Origin: Dehalococcoidia bacterium
GTDB taxonomy: Bacteria > Chloroflexota > Dehalococcoidia > DSTF01 > WHTK01
Length of the DNA stretch: 64,000 bases
Direction of reading: 5' to 3'
NCBI GenBank assembly: GCA_965247485.1
Contig: OZ252017.1
Span: forward strand, 366,478-430,477
Shown: one piece after another, positions 27,903 to 36,497 of the stretch
Numbering within the stretch: the first letter of the stretch is position 1
Layout: each line of letters opens with the position of its first letter
Notes under the pieces: generated by a model
Database searches by the model: none
What the model saw: the letters and a program-made list of their open reading frames with translations, nothing else
What the model was told of the DNA's origin: nothing
Position numbers and translations under genes: made by a program

Positions 27903-28409
27903 ATGCTGGAGCAGACACGCGAGCATGGCGGCTACAACCGGAACACGTTGCGCCATGAGGCAATGGCCACAGTCGCCTGCGAAGAACTCGAGATCGAAAC
28001 AACCGCCGCGCCCGGTTTCCAGGACATCACCGACCACATAGCTTCAATCGTGGCAGACTCTGGCGTACACTTCGGACACGTAACTGTTTTCTCTACTCAC
28101 ACGACCGCCGCGATCCGCATCAACGAAAATGAACCATTGTTACTGCGCGACATGGCCCGCACGCTTCGTCAGCTCGCACCGTCAAACGCATACTATGAGC
28201 ACAACGACTTTGGGCGCCGCACCGTAAACATGAACGACGACGAATGTGCCAACGGACATGCTCACTGCCAGCACCTTTTCCTGTCCACCAGTGAGACAAT
28301 CCCGGTCATTGAAGGACGGCCGGCGCTGGGAACCTACCAGCGCATTTTTCTTATAGAGCTCGATCACCCTCGCCTGAGGAAGATCCTTGTTTCGACCATC
28401 GGCTGCTGA
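27903..28409 (+). CDS. YjbQ/UPF0047 family protein
   Basis: HTTAAIRINENE, NGHAH, LGTYQRIFLIELD. Confidence 0.88.
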   Translation: MLEQTREHGGYNRNTLRHEAMATVACEELEIETTAAPGFQDITDHIASIVADSGVHFGHVTVFSTHTTAAIRINENEPLLLRDMARTLRQLAPSNAYYEHNDFGRRTVNMNDDECANGHAHCQHLFLSTSETIPVIEGRPALGTYQRIFLIELDHPRLRKILVSTIGC

Positions 28410-28455
28410 GCAAGCAGTCGTTCCGCCTCACTGAATACAACAACAGCCGGAATCG

Positions 28456-29607
28456 ATGAACCTTCAAGACCTTGGAGGCGTGGATAACGCCGAGCTGCGC
28501 GAACTGCTACGGCAGCGTATAGCCGATCAGGGTTCAATCCCGTTCTCAGAATTTCTTGAGCTCGTCCTCTATCACCCAACTCACGGCTACTACGTCGCTT
28601 GCGATCCATCACTCGATTACCAATCGAGCCCAAACGTGCATCCCCTATTCGGCGCCTGCATCGCCAGACAGATCGCGGACTTTTGGCGACTCCTGGGTCA
28701 GCCAGAGACCTTCACAGTTTTTGAGGCGGCAGCCGGTAGCGGGCGGCTGGCTAGGGACATCCTCTCATTTCTGGCAGCGGAGGAAACAGAACTCTCAGAG
28801 CTCTTACGTTATGTAATCCAAGATCCATTCTCGCGGTCTGGACCCGAGTTTGGCTCGGAAAGCAAGTTGGCGCCTGGCCAAGGCAAGCTTGAAGTTGCCA
28901 CGGAGCTCCCTACGTCTGAAGAAATCGATGGATGCATTATCAGCAACGAGTTGCTGGATGCACTGCCGTTTGAGCGGGTATGCCGGCTGGATGGACGGCT
29001 CCTGGAACTACGGACCAGCTACGAAGATGGTCATTTTCTTGATCTGGCTCAGCCGCCGTCTCCGGAAATTCTGGCCCACTTTCAGGCTTTAGGCATCGAG
29101 CCCGGAGAAGGCTGCCGAGCTGAGGTCAGCCTGGAAGCTCCCCGATGGCTCACGAGGGCGAGTGCGGCCTTGCGGCGTGGCTACATCCTGACTCTAGATT
29201 ATGGCTACAGTGCCTCAGAACTCTACGCTCCATGGCGCCGCCAAGGTACCTTGCTGACATTTTATCGCCAAGCGTCCGGCGAGGACCCTTACGCTCACAT
29301 AGGCCGGCAGGATATCACCGCAAGCGTCGATTTTTCGACCCTAACTTCAGCCGGGGAGGCGGCGGGCCTGCGGACCATCGGTGGAACATCGCAAGCCGAG
29401 TTCCTTGCAGCGCTTGGCATCGGCGATGCGGTGTCCCAACAACCTGCGGCCGCTGAGCTCGAAGCCTTTTATGCATTGCGCCGTGCCGCTATCGAATTGA
29501 CCGACCCCGGCAACCTCGGACGGATTCGCACCCTTTTCCAAGGCAAGAATGTTCCAGATAAATTGCCGCTCGGCCTATCGTTGACGCCCTCGAGCGGAAG
29601 CTTCTAG
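28456..29607 (+). CDS. SAM-dependent methyltransferase, MidA/NDUFAF7 family
   Basis: LYHPTHGYY, EAAAGSG, SNELLDALP, DYG, QDITASVDF. Confidence 0.88.
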   Translation: MNLQDLGGVDNAELRELLRQRIADQGSIPFSEFLELVLYHPTHGYYVACDPSLDYQSSPNVHPLFGACIARQIADFWRLLGQPETFTVFEAAAGSGRLARDILSFLAAEETELSELLRYVIQDPFSRSGPEFGSESKLAPGQGKLEVATELPTSEEIDGCIISNELLDALPFERVCRLDGRLLELRTSYEDGHFLDLAQPPSPEILAHFQALGIEPGEGCRAEVSLEAPRWLTRASAALRRGYILTLDYGYSASELYAPWRRQGTLLTFYRQASGEDPYAHIGRQDITASVDFSTLTSAGEAAGLRTIGGTSQAEFLAALGIGDAVSQQPAAAELEAFYALRRAAIELTDPGNLGRIRTLFQGKNVPDKLPLGLSLTPSSGSF

Positions 29608-29617
29608 ACTTCAGCCA

Positions 29618-29992
29618 GTGGAGTCCTACAGCGACATCGTCCTCGATCACGCTCGCAATCCCCGGAATCAGGGCGTGCTGGAAAATGCCGACGCCAAAGG
29701 CGCCCAGACCAACCCGGTATGCGGCGATACTTTTATTCTGACCTTGCAGATTAAGGATGACAGGATCAGCGACGTTCGCTTTCTGACTCAAGGTTGCACG
29801 GCATCAGTAGCCACAAGCAGCATTATCACCGAGATGATAAAGGGTCTGTCGTTGGCTGAGGCTCTGGACATCACCCACAACGATGTTTCTGATGCCATGG
29901 GAGGACTGCCGACCAGCAAGCTGCACAGCGCAGCCCTGGTCATCGATGGGTTGAGGCGAGCGATCACCGGCTACCGTGAGGCAGGATCCTAG
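29618..29992 (+). CDS. IscU/NifU-type Fe-S scaffold protein
   Basis: HARNPRN, NPVCGD, GC; third Cys replaced (KLHS). Confidence 0.85.
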   Translation: MESYSDIVLDHARNPRNQGVLENADAKGAQTNPVCGDTFILTLQIKDDRISDVRFLTQGCTASVATSSIITEMIKGLSLAEALDITHNDVSDAMGGLPTSKLHSAALVIDGLRRAITGYREAGS

Positions 29993-30009
29993 AGCCTAAC
30001 GCCGGCAAT

Positions 30010-30039
30010 TTGACATATGACTCTGCCCAAGACTACGAT
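30010..30039 (+). promoter_or_regulatory. Sigma-70-type promoter for a small ORF
   Basis: TTGACA-N18-TACGAT. Confidence 0.6.
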
Positions 30040-30081
30040 TTTTTTGCCTCCCAGAGGTGGCACTGGCAGGCGGAGGCAATC

Positions 30082-30174
30082 ATGCGCTTTATTTTCGGAT
30101 TTGTTGCCGGTCTGACGATAGGCTACAGCCTGTCGACTAAGCTTTCGAACCAAGCCAGGACAGCACATCACTAG
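30082..30174 (+). CDS. 30-aa small membrane protein (MRFIFGFVAGLTIGYSLSTKLSNQARTAHH)
   Basis: GGAGG RBS, upstream promoter, GxxxGxxxG hydrophobic helix; below the ORF-track cutoff. Confidence 0.65.
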   Translation: MRFIFGFVAGLTIGYSLSTKLSNQARTAHH

Positions 30175-30210
30175 ACCCTGGCCAGTCACGTCCGCGCTGA
30201 TTTAACCGAG

Positions 30211-31545
30211 CTAGGCTACGACTCCGCTCAGGAAGATATCTACTAGCTCTGGATCGAGTTGATCGCCGGCCGCGGCTCGCAAACGGCGCGCGGCTTCGCG
30301 TCCATCCACCCGTGGGCGGTGCGGCCGCTCAGAAGTCATCGCCACATAGGCATCGGCGATTGCTAGGATTCGAGCCTCGATTCGAATCTCGTCCGCAAGG
30401 CGGCCGTCTGGATAGCCGCGCCCATCCGGGCGTTCGTGATGCGCTCCGATCCACTCGGCGACCTCTTCGAGGCCATTGATCGCGGCAACGATATCGCGTG
30501 AGTAGCCTGGGTGCAGACGCAGTAGTTCGAGCTCATCAACACTGAGGATGCCCGGCTTCGGCATAACGCGCTCCGAAACCGCTAATTGGCCCGCGTCGTG
30601 CAGCAAAGCCGCGAGGCGCAGCTGCTTCAAATGCGCTTCCGGAAACCCGAGGTTTCGTCCCAGCGATTCGACAAGCCCAGCCACTCGGCCCGAAACGCCG
30701 GCCGTAAAGCTAAAGCGTGAGTCAACAAGGTTGGCAAGCGTCTCCACAGACGGCACCAGCCGGAACGCCTTTGATTCCTTGACTCTGCCACAATGGGCCG
30801 CTATCTCTCTTGGCAGGTTTGCACCGAAAAGTCCAAGCCAAAACGTGTCTCCAGCCCCCAAATTGCGCAGTGCAGATGCAACATCCGGGTCGCATTCTTT
30901 GCCGGAGAGTCGACTCAGCCAAAAGGGTAGATTGCGGCGAGCAGAAAGAGGCGAGCTCTGACCGATGAGCCCTTCGACCTGATCGGCAATCGTGACCACT
31001 CTGCTAATGATTGAAATTTCTTCTCCTACAAGACCGTCCGGATAGCCGCTGCCATCCCAATTCTCATGGTGGCTGGCCACCGCTTTAACGGCGCTCTCAG
31101 GCAGGACCATTTCCTGCGCCGCCCTGGCGCCATGCATGGTGTGGGCAACAATCCGCTCGACTACGAGCTCGGGTGTGTCGCTAGCGCCAAGTGCCACTTC
31201 CTCAGGGGTCATCAGAGGCAAAGATGCCAGGAGCAAGCGTTCGTCGCCGCGCGTAACCTGGGCAAGAGTGGCGCCAATGACAATTGCCCCAATATCGTGG
31301 GCGAGACCCGCGTAACAGCTGGCGAGACGATCCGCACCATCAAAGCCGAGTTCTTCAGCGAGCGCCACGGAGATATAGGCAACTCGTTGGGCATGGCCGG
31401 GAGACCGGCCCTCAGCCAAATCAAGCGCGGTGCTGAACGGTACCAGCAGATCGCTCAGAGTATGTTGGGGTAGACGTTTGGTGGTGGGTTCGCTGTCTCG
31501 GGCCCGGCCTTGGACTTGAACACTCCGGTCACTGACTTCACTCAC
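30211..31545 (-). CDS. Tandem HD-GYP cyclic dinucleotide phosphodiesterase
   Basis: LAHDIG...HHENWDGSGYP and LLHDAG...HHERPDGRGYP. Confidence 0.9.
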   Translation of the reverse strand: MSEVSDRSVQVQGRARDSEPTTKRLPQHTLSDLLVPFSTALDLAEGRSPGHAQRVAYISVALAEELGFDGADRLASCYAGLAHDIGAIVIGATLAQVTRGDERLLLASLPLMTPEEVALGASDTPELVVERIVAHTMHGARAAQEMVLPESAVKAVASHHENWDGSGYPDGLVGEEISIISRVVTIADQVEGLIGQSSPLSARRNLPFWLSRLSGKECDPDVASALRNLGAGDTFWLGLFGANLPREIAAHCGRVKESKAFRLVPSVETLANLVDSRFSFTAGVSGRVAGLVESLGRNLGFPEAHLKQLRLAALLHDAGQLAVSERVMPKPGILSVDELELLRLHPGYSRDIVAAINGLEEVAEWIGAHHERPDGRGYPDGRLADEIRIEARILAIADAYVAMTSERPHRPRVDGREAARRLRAAAGDQLDPELVDIFLSGVVA

Positions 31546-31598
31546 GCTTCGCCTATCTCCCCTCGATTGGACCCGTGATCCGAATTGCTTCGTCTTAG

Positions 31599-31626
31599 TT
31601 ATCGGCAGGCTGGCGCCATCGGTTCA
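31599..31626 (-). promoter_or_regulatory. Sigma-28 (FliA/WhiG)-like promoter
   Basis: TGAA-N16-GCCGATAA upstream of the HD-GYP gene. Confidence 0.55.
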
Positions 31627-31883
31627 TAGACAAGCCCACCGGGCAGCCGCATTCCTGGCAGATGATTGGTCCAACCGTGAGTCGGCGTTCTGGCCCCGGT
31701 TCCGTAGCCTTGGCGCCGCTAAGCGTGTCTTTGGCTGAGACCTAATGGCCATCCTGATGAGGCGAATTGCGGTGGCTGAAGCCGTTTGGACGTTGCTTCC
31801 TTGATTTAAAGTCGCTCAGTCAGTAGATTCTCGTTGGGCCTTACGCGTTGGAGGTTTCTTTTTTTCGCGGAGCGGAGGGATTA

Positions 31884-33953
31884 ATGACGCTCTTGATCGT
31901 TGCTCTATTTGCCAGTTTTGGCGCACTTGCGTTCGCTTTTGGCGTATCCCGGATCATTCTCAAGGAGGATGAAGGGGACGACGTCATGAAGGAGATCGCC
32001 GTCGCCATTCAGGAGGGCTCCAGCGCCTTTCTTCGGCGGGAGTACTCTTTCCTGGCCGTTTTCGTCGTGGCAGTTTTTGTCATTCTTGCCATCTTCATTG
32101 ACTACGATGCCCTTGATCGTTTGGGTGAGCAGCGAGGCAATCTGACCGATCTGCCTCGAACCGCAATCGCTTACGTCATCGGCGCGGTGGCTTCGGGCCT
32201 CGCCGGGTTGATTGGAATGCAGATTGCCGTGCGCGCCAACGTACGGACGGCTGCAAAGGCACGCACCGGCTTGAACGCAGCTCTTAGAGTCGCATTCTCA
32301 TCTGGCGTTGTGATGGGCATGACCGTGGTCGGTATCAGCCTTCTCTGTCTATCCCTCCTTTACATCGTCCTCGAAAGTGTCCAGCCCTTGACCGGCTTCG
32401 CCTTCGGTGCCTCTTCGATCGCCCTGTTCGCCCGCGTCGGTGGCGGAATCTACACCAAGGCCGCCGATGTCGGCGCCGACCTGGTTGGCAAGGTTGAGGC
32501 AGGTATCCCGGAAGACGACCCTCGCAACCCTGCCGTTGTCGCTGACAACGTCGGTGACAACGTCGGCGATGTCGCCGGTATGGGAGCTGACCTTTTTGAG
32601 TCCTACACCGGAGCTATCGTGGCGACGATGTCGTTGGCAACAATCGCGATCGTCGGTTTAGGGACTAACGCCGTCTTCAGTCCCGCTGCCGTTGTGGATT
32701 TTGACTCAGACGCCTTTGTCTTACCTCTTTTGATCATGGCCATCGGCATTGGGGCTTCAATCATTGGCACGCTGCTGGTCCGCACCAGCGAGCAAGCAAA
32801 CATCGGTCGGCTGCTCTGGGCTTTGCGTACCGGAATTTTCTCAGCCAGCGGCCTTGTCCTTGCCGGCAGCGCCGCCGCGATTCTGATCCTGGACCTTGAT
32901 TTTGCCTTGTTCTTCTGCGTGCTGGCCGGGCTCGCGGCCGGTCAGGTGATCGGCACCGCAACCGAGTACTACACGGCGTATGAATACAGCCCAACCAAGA
33001 AACTGGCCGACCAAGCTGAAACCGGCGCCGGAACCATCGTCATCGGCGGCCTCGGTCTCGGAATGATTTCAACCGTAATTCCTATCTTGGTCCTCGCTGC
33101 GGCAATCTGGGTCACGTTTGAGATCGCCGGCCTCTATGGCATCGCCCTTGCGGCAGTGGGAATGCTCTCGCCTCTTGGCGTTACGCTAGCGTCGGACGCC
33201 TACGGACCGGTAGCGGACAATGCCGGAGGCATCGCCGAACAGGCTCACCTGCCGCCGGAAGTACGTGAGCGGACCGATGCACTCGACAGCCTCGGCAACA
33301 CGACAGCAGCCACCGGCAAAGGATTCGCTATTGGCTCTGCAGTCCTAACCGCCCTTGCTTTGACCGTCACCTACTCTCAGATAGTGGGGATTGAGGTCCT
33401 CAACCTCTTGGATGTGAACGTGCTGATTGGCCTGCTGATCGGTGGGCTCATGCCGTTTATCTTTGGCGCCCTCACGATGGCGGCCGTCGGCCGGGCAGCC
33501 ATGAGCATGGTCTCAGAGGTTCGACGCCAATTTCGGGAGATACCTGGGATTATGGAAGGCACGGCTCGGCCGGAATACGCCAAGGCCGTGGCTATCGCCA
33601 CTGACGGAGCAATCAAAGAAATGGTTTTGCCGGGGCTGCTGGCCATCTCCGTGCCAGTCGCGGTTGGCGCGATTATCGGCGCCGAAGCGCTCGGCGGCTT
33701 GCTAATCGGCTCCATCGTTTCCGGGTCCATGCTGGCCTTGATGATGGCAAATGCCGGTGGGGCCTGGGACAACGCCAAGAAATTCATTGAGGCTGGGCAC
33801 CTGGGCGGCAAGGGTTCTGAGGCCCACAAGGCTGCCGTGGTTGGTGATACCGTCGGCGACCCATTCAAAGACACTTCCGGCCCAGCCCTCAACATTTTGC
33901 TCAAGCTGATGTCGATTGTGGCCGTAGTCTTTGGCCCGCTATTCGTCGGATAG
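31884..33953 (+). CDS. hppA: Membrane-bound K+-dependent pyrophosphatase, probably Na+-translocating
   Basis: [33 protein letters not shown]; GGAGG RBS before ATG 31884. Confidence 0.95.
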   Translation: MTLLIVALFASFGALAFAFGVSRIILKEDEGDDVMKEIAVAIQEGSSAFLRREYSFLAVFVVAVFVILAIFIDYDALDRLGEQRGNLTDLPRTAIAYVIGAVASGLAGLIGMQIAVRANVRTAAKARTGLNAALRVAFSSGVVMGMTVVGISLLCLSLLYIVLESVQPLTGFAFGASSIALFARVGGGIYTKAADVGADLVGKVEAGIPEDDPRNPAVVADNVGDNVGDVAGMGADLFESYTGAIVATMSLATIAIVGLGTNAVFSPAAVVDFDSDAFVLPLLIMAIGIGASIIGTLLVRTSEQANIGRLLWALRTGIFSASGLVLAGSAAAILILDLDFALFFCVLAGLAAGQVIGTATEYYTAYEYSPTKKLADQAETGAGTIVIGGLGLGMISTVIPILVLAAAIWVTFEIAGLYGIALAAVGMLSPLGVTLASDAYGPVADNAGGIAEQAHLPPEVRERTDALDSLGNTTAATGKGFAIGSAVLTALALTVTYSQIVGIEVLNLLDVNVLIGLLIGGLMPFIFGALTMAAVGRAAMSMVSEVRRQFREIPGIMEGTARPEYAKAVAIATDGAIKEMVLPGLLAISVPVAVGAIIGAEALGGLLIGSIVSGSMLALMMANAGGAWDNAKKFIEAGHLGGKGSEAHKAAVVGDTVGDPFKDTSGPALNILLKLMSIVAVVFGPLFVG

Positions 33954-33980
33954 CGGACGGGCTGCTGCCCGTTGTCAACA

Positions 33981-34023
33981 CCAAGAGAGAAGGCCCGGAA
34001 GTTTTCCGGGCCTTCTCTCTTGG
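33981..34023. terminator. Long perfect hairpin, probable bidirectional terminator
   Basis: 20-bp stem CCAAGAGAGAAGGCCCGGAA/TTCCGGGCCTTCTCTCTTGG between convergent genes. Confidence 0.8.
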
Positions 34024-34025
34024 CG

Positions 34026-34670
34026 TTAGCTCAAACGCTCTTCAAACTCGCGCAGCCGATCCTCAAGCTGGCTCTGCCGGATCACCAGAGCCAAATCACC
34101 GCGAGTCCGCTCCAAAATGCCGCGCACGCTGTCCGTTGTTCGGCGCAGGCCACCCGTCATCGCGTCTGGGTAATCGATGGTAACTAGAATGCCGTAGACC
34201 TCATCCATTACTTCCAGCGTCTCTTTGCAGTTTTCGATCTCGCCGGAAGCCAGCGAATCTAGTAGGTGGCGCCTCAGCTCGCCAACAACCTCTCCAAGGC
34301 CGTTCAGATAGGATGCAAGGCCAACATCCAGGTCTTCGTGAGTTGGCAGGCCCCCACGGCCGCTGATCAAAGCCAAGGTAATGCGAGCTTCGGCGTACTC
34401 TTTCGCGGAGTCGTGAACGAAACCAGCGTGGAGGATGTCAGGGTGGTCACTCAGAGCCGTCTTCGCTTCGGCCAAAAGTGCGCCGGCCTTCGCGGACAGC
34501 TCCTCCGCCCGGTCGAATTCGCCTCGATGAACCGCCCTAATTGCGTTGGCAGAGTAGCGAATCGCCTCGCGTGAACGGGTCAGGCCGGCCTCACGTGCGA
34601 CATTTTTCGCGGCAAACGCCTCCCGGGCGCGCTCGGCGATTAACTCTATCTCAGCCACAACCCTACGCAC
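34026..34670 (-). CDS. Translin/TRAX family protein
   Basis: SREAIR...AIRAVHRG, KEYAEA, YLNGLGEVVGELRR, LRRTTD. Confidence 0.8.
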   Translation of the reverse strand: MRRVVAEIELIAERAREAFAAKNVAREAGLTRSREAIRYSANAIRAVHRGEFDRAEELSAKAGALLAEAKTALSDHPDILHAGFVHDSAKEYAEARITLALISGRGGLPTHEDLDVGLASYLNGLGEVVGELRRHLLDSLASGEIENCKETLEVMDEVYGILVTIDYPDAMTGGLRRTTDSVRGILERTRGDLALVIRQSQLEDRLREFEERLS

Positions 34671-34704
34671 GTCTCAGCGCTCGCCCCTGGTGAGTGCCAT
34701 CAAA

Positions 34705-35004
34705 CTAGTCCTGATTTCCATCGTGTTCATCACCGCCGTAAGCAAATTCAGACGCCATGCCGCCTCCAGAATCAGCGTGCAACTTCCGAGACCAGGCAGC
34801 CACGGCTTGTGGGTCTTCCGCATCGACAGAATCAAGATTGCCGCTGCCAGCCAGAGAATGGTGTACCGAAAAGCTCGAAATCAGCCGGCGCAGGTCAGTT
34901 CCACCACAGCTCTGGCAAACCGCTCCGACGGGTGAGTTGACGGTCCGCACAAAAATCGAAACGGTCGCACCGCAGTCGTTGCAATTGAACTCGTATATTG
35001 GCAT
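34705..35004 (-). CDS. FmdB family zinc ribbon protein
   Basis: MPIYEFNCNDCG...CQSCG. Confidence 0.85.
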   Translation of the reverse strand: MPIYEFNCNDCGATVSIFVRTVNSPVGAVCQSCGGTDLRRLISSFSVHHSLAGSGNLDSVDAEDPQAVAAWSRKLHADSGGGMASEFAYGGDEHDGNQD

Positions 35005-35027
35005 ACAGGTAGAATTCTTGTGAGGAG

Positions 35028-35426
35028 TCAGGCTTGCGGGCTGGACTGCTCGTCCTCGATCGCGTTCTCGATCTGCTCCACCCTCAGGACCCGGCCTTTA
35101 GCATCAAGCTCAATCACCACAGCATCTATGCGGTGATTGACTGGCGCTTCCGGGTGTTCCTGAACGTACGTTGCGGCGGCTGACCGGATATGATCGGCCT
35201 TGCGGCCGGTAATCGACTCTTCCGGTGTTCCCATCGATCGACCGCGACGGCTCCGAACCTCGACAAAAATCAGGTCCTCATCCCGGCTGACGATAATGTC
35301 GATCTCGCCTTCCTTCGTACCCCAGTTTCGCTCAAGGATTTTGTAGCCCTTTGCCTCCAGGTGCGAAGCGGCTACCCGTTCCCCGAAGTTTCCCAGCCGG
35401 CGAACTCGTCGCCTATCGTGAGGCAT
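35028..35426 (-). CDS. YraN family endonuclease-like protein (UPF0102)
   Basis: LGNFGE..AA..L, GEIDII, FVEVR. Confidence 0.9.
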   Translation of the reverse strand: MPHDRRRVRRLGNFGERVAASHLEAKGYKILERNWGTKEGEIDIIVSRDEDLIFVEVRSRRGRSMGTPEESITGRKADHIRSAAATYVQEHPEAPVNHRIDAVVIELDAKGRVLRVEQIENAIEDEQSSPQA

Positions 35427-36093
35427 CGACAAACTCCGTTTCGTGAGCCTCGCCCTCGGCCGCAAACTTCTGCACCGCAAGCCAGCTCCGGCGATGTTGG
35501 ACCGAAGGCCCGTAACGCCGCAAACGCTCAAGGTGACCTTGGGTACCGTAGCCCTTGTGGGCGGCGAAGCCGTACGCCGGATAAACGGTGTCGAGGTCTT
35601 GCATCAGACGGTCACGCGCGACCTTTGCAACGATCGATGCCGCGGCTATTGAACAACAGGTCGCGTCGCCCCTGACCACCGCACGTTGATCCGCTGGGTA
35701 ACCCGGTAAGGTTGCCGGCCCATCAATAAGGACATGCTGCGGGCGCATGGGAAGTGCATTCAAAGCACGCATCATCGCGGTGCGATTGGCGGGAGCGATT
35801 CCCCACCCGTCAATTTCAGCCACCGATGACCAGCCAATCGCATACGCCAGGGCCTCCTGCCTGATTGCTTGAGCGAGGCGCTCACGGTCGATGGCGCGCA
35901 GCACCTTGCTATCTCTAATTTCGCTAAGCCAGTCCGGACGCCAGTCCGGCGCCAGGATGACCGCGGCCGAGAACACGGGACCCGCCAGCGGCCCTCGACC
36001 AACTTCATCGACTCCAGCGACGTAGGGGCAACCGGTAGCCCAAAGGGCTTCCTCAATTGAAGTGGATGGCGCGGGTCGGGAACCTGCCACCAT
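35413..36093 (-). CDS. rnhB: Ribonuclease HII
   Basis: GVDEVGRGPLAGPV, RDSK, SIAAASIVAKVARD, HKGYGT. Confidence 0.95.
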   Translation of the reverse strand: MVAGSRPAPSTSIEEALWATGCPYVAGVDEVGRGPLAGPVFSAAVILAPDWRPDWLSEIRDSKVLRAIDRERLAQAIRQEALAYAIGWSSVAEIDGWGIAPANRTAMMRALNALPMRPQHVLIDGPATLPGYPADQRAVVRGDATCCSIAAASIVAKVARDRLMQDLDTVYPAYGFAAHKGYGTQGHLERLRRYGPSVQHRRSWLAVQKFAAEGEAHETEFVDASR

Positions 36094-36191
36094 ACGTCGC
36101 ATGTTAGCACGGGGTCGGCGGAAGGTGGCGGTGGCAGCGGGCTTTCCTGTCAGTATCCGCTATGATTCTGACGAATGAGAGGTAAACCAAG

Positions 36192-36377
36192 ATGCCAGTA
36201 ATCCATGTTGAAATGTGGGCCGGCCGGACCCAAAGACAAAAACAAGAGCTCGCCAAAGCCATAACTGACGCGGTCGTAAAGGTTACAGACACTTCGCCCG
36301 ACGCGACAATCGTGATATTTGATGACGTCCCAAAGGAAAATTGGGCTCAGGGTGGCGTCCTTTCGTCCGAAAATTAG
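36192..36377 (+). CDS. 4-oxalocrotonate tautomerase family protein
   Basis: N-terminal Pro, GRT..QK, NWAQGG. Confidence 0.9.
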   Translation: MPVIHVEMWAGRTQRQKQELAKAITDAVVKVTDTSPDATIVIFDDVPKENWAQGGVLSSEN

Positions 36378-36497
36378 AGGAGGGACCCGTCGATGAGGAC
36401 CAGCCAGATCGCAAAGCTCAAATGCTATAATCGAAAAGTATTCTGGGCGTTGGCGTAATCTTCGAGAGAGAAGTCCGTTCCTTTGTAAAGGGGTCAC

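Noticed and set aside
29989-30189. 66-aa minus-strand ORF
   Set aside because: The plus-strand 30-aa ORF has promoter, RBS and TM character; this one has none
33981-34023. Long hairpin as a MITE or REP element
   Set aside because: Single copy in the window, located between convergent stops as expected for a terminator
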